Origin: an uncultured Bryobacter sp.
Lineage (GTDB): Bacteria > Acidobacteriota > Terriglobia > Bryobacterales > Bryobacteraceae
Length of the DNA: 64,000 bases
NCBI GenBank assembly: GCA_964510335.1
Contig: CAZECF010000019.1
Coordinates: 1,187 to 65,186 of the forward strand
Direction of reading: 5' to 3'
Positions 63,478 through 64,000 of the stretch are shown here, piece after piece (positions within the stretch are counted from its first letter, which is position 1; each line of letters begins with the position of its first letter). Made by a program: the position numbers and the translations under genes. The notes under the pieces were generated by a model, which saw only the letters and a program-made list of their open reading frames with translations, had not been told where the DNA came from and made no database searches.

Positions 63478-63478
63478 G

Positions 63479-64000
63479 CTAGTCGACCACCAGTTCAACG
63501 GTCACCGGGCAGTGGTCGCTCCCCATGACGTCATTGAGCATGTCGGCGTGGCGGAGGCGATCGCGATCCTGGGCAGGCAGCACGTTGAAGTCAATTCTCC
63601 AGCCGATGTTGCGGGCGCGGGCACCGAGCCGTACACTCCACCAGGAATATTTGACTTCATCCGGATGAAGGTGACGCCAGGAGTCGGTCCAGCCACTGGT
63701 GAGGAATTGGTCCATCCAGGCGCGCTCCCCCGGCAGGTAGCCGGGATTCCTTTCGTTGTCCTTCGGGCGGGCCAGGTCAATCGGGTAGGGCGCGATGTTG
63801 TAATCACCGCCAAGAATGACGGGCTTGCCCTTGCGTCGCAGCTTTTCGAGATGGGCCGCCATGGCCTCGCAATAGCGCAGCTTGTAATCCAGGCGCTTGC
63901 CGCCATCCTGCGAGTTCGGAAAGTAAGCGCTGACGGCGATGAAGTTCTGAAACTCGGCGGTGAGGGTGCGGCCTTCGCCATCGAACTCTTCATAGCCAAA
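63479..64000 (-). CDS. xthA: exodeoxyribonuclease III, 5' end outside the window
   Basis: The frame is open to base 64000 (FGYEEFDGEGRTLTAEFQNF...). C-terminal blocks GGDYNIAP, WRIDF, SDHCPV. Confidence 0.85.
   Translation of the reverse strand, partial: FGYEEFDGEGRTLTAEFQNFIAVSAYFPNSQDGGKRLDYKLRYCEAMAAHLEKLRRKGKPVILGGDYNIAPYPIDLARPKDNERNPGYLPGERAWMDQFLTSGWTDSWRHLHPDEVKYSWWSVRLGARARNIGWRIDFNVLPAQDRDRLRHADMLNDVMGSDHCPVTVELVVD

Noticed and set aside
1-64000. CRISPR arrays, tRNA/rRNA/tmRNA genes, IS elements, integrases, prophage blocks, tandem repeats
   Set aside because: Reading the intergenic regions (all under 100 nt except the pseudogene region 32242-32686) showed no repeat-spacer periodicity, no cloverleaf-sized non-coding gaps, and no transposase- or integrase-like ORFs. 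I could not run tRNAscan or Infernal, so small RNAs inside or antisense to coding regions cannot be excluded.

Overview
Densely coding, high-G+C (about 60% by eye) bacterial chromosomal segment. I call about 67 protein-coding genes, two gene relics, and no rRNA, tRNA, CRISPR array, transposase or integrase. The gene content points to Acidobacteriota (Solibacter/Bryobacter-like), but this is inference only: TIGR03436-like VWA proteins, carboxypeptidase-regulatory-like repeat proteins, paired PSCyt/DUF1549/DUF1553 + DUF1501 genes, a TIGR02999-type ECF sigma next to a Ser/Thr kinase, and many twin-arginine signals. Housekeeping genes (accD, rlmH, ABC-F, cyclophilin, alaX-like, xthA, rluB-like) are mixed with periplasmic redox and hydrolase genes and small lower-G+C insertions: two vapBC modules, a hicBA module with an extra HicB-like gene, and orphan hypotheticals. 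Many long ORFs in the track are antisense shadows typical of high-G+C DNA, and I rejected them. I see no clearly novel multi-gene system. The best leads are: (1) a same-strand cluster (9086-15097) encoding an FHA-GAF-PP2C phosphatase, a GT2, a methyltransferase and a Tad-like trio with no ATPase or pilin, whose CpaB-like protein carries a compressed secretin-like C-terminus; (2) two paralogous haem-c PSCyt/DUF1553 + Tat-exported DUF1501 cassettes, plus a 3' relic of the DUF1501 reading frame; (3) an S24/LexA-type self-cleaving module fused to a non-HTH N-terminal domain; (4) an NDH-2 fused to cNMP-binding and CBS sensor domains; (5) a PQQ dehydrogenase with two N-terminal haem-c motifs and no vicinal Cys-Cys. 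All family calls come from motif recognition by eye and need HMM or BLAST confirmation.
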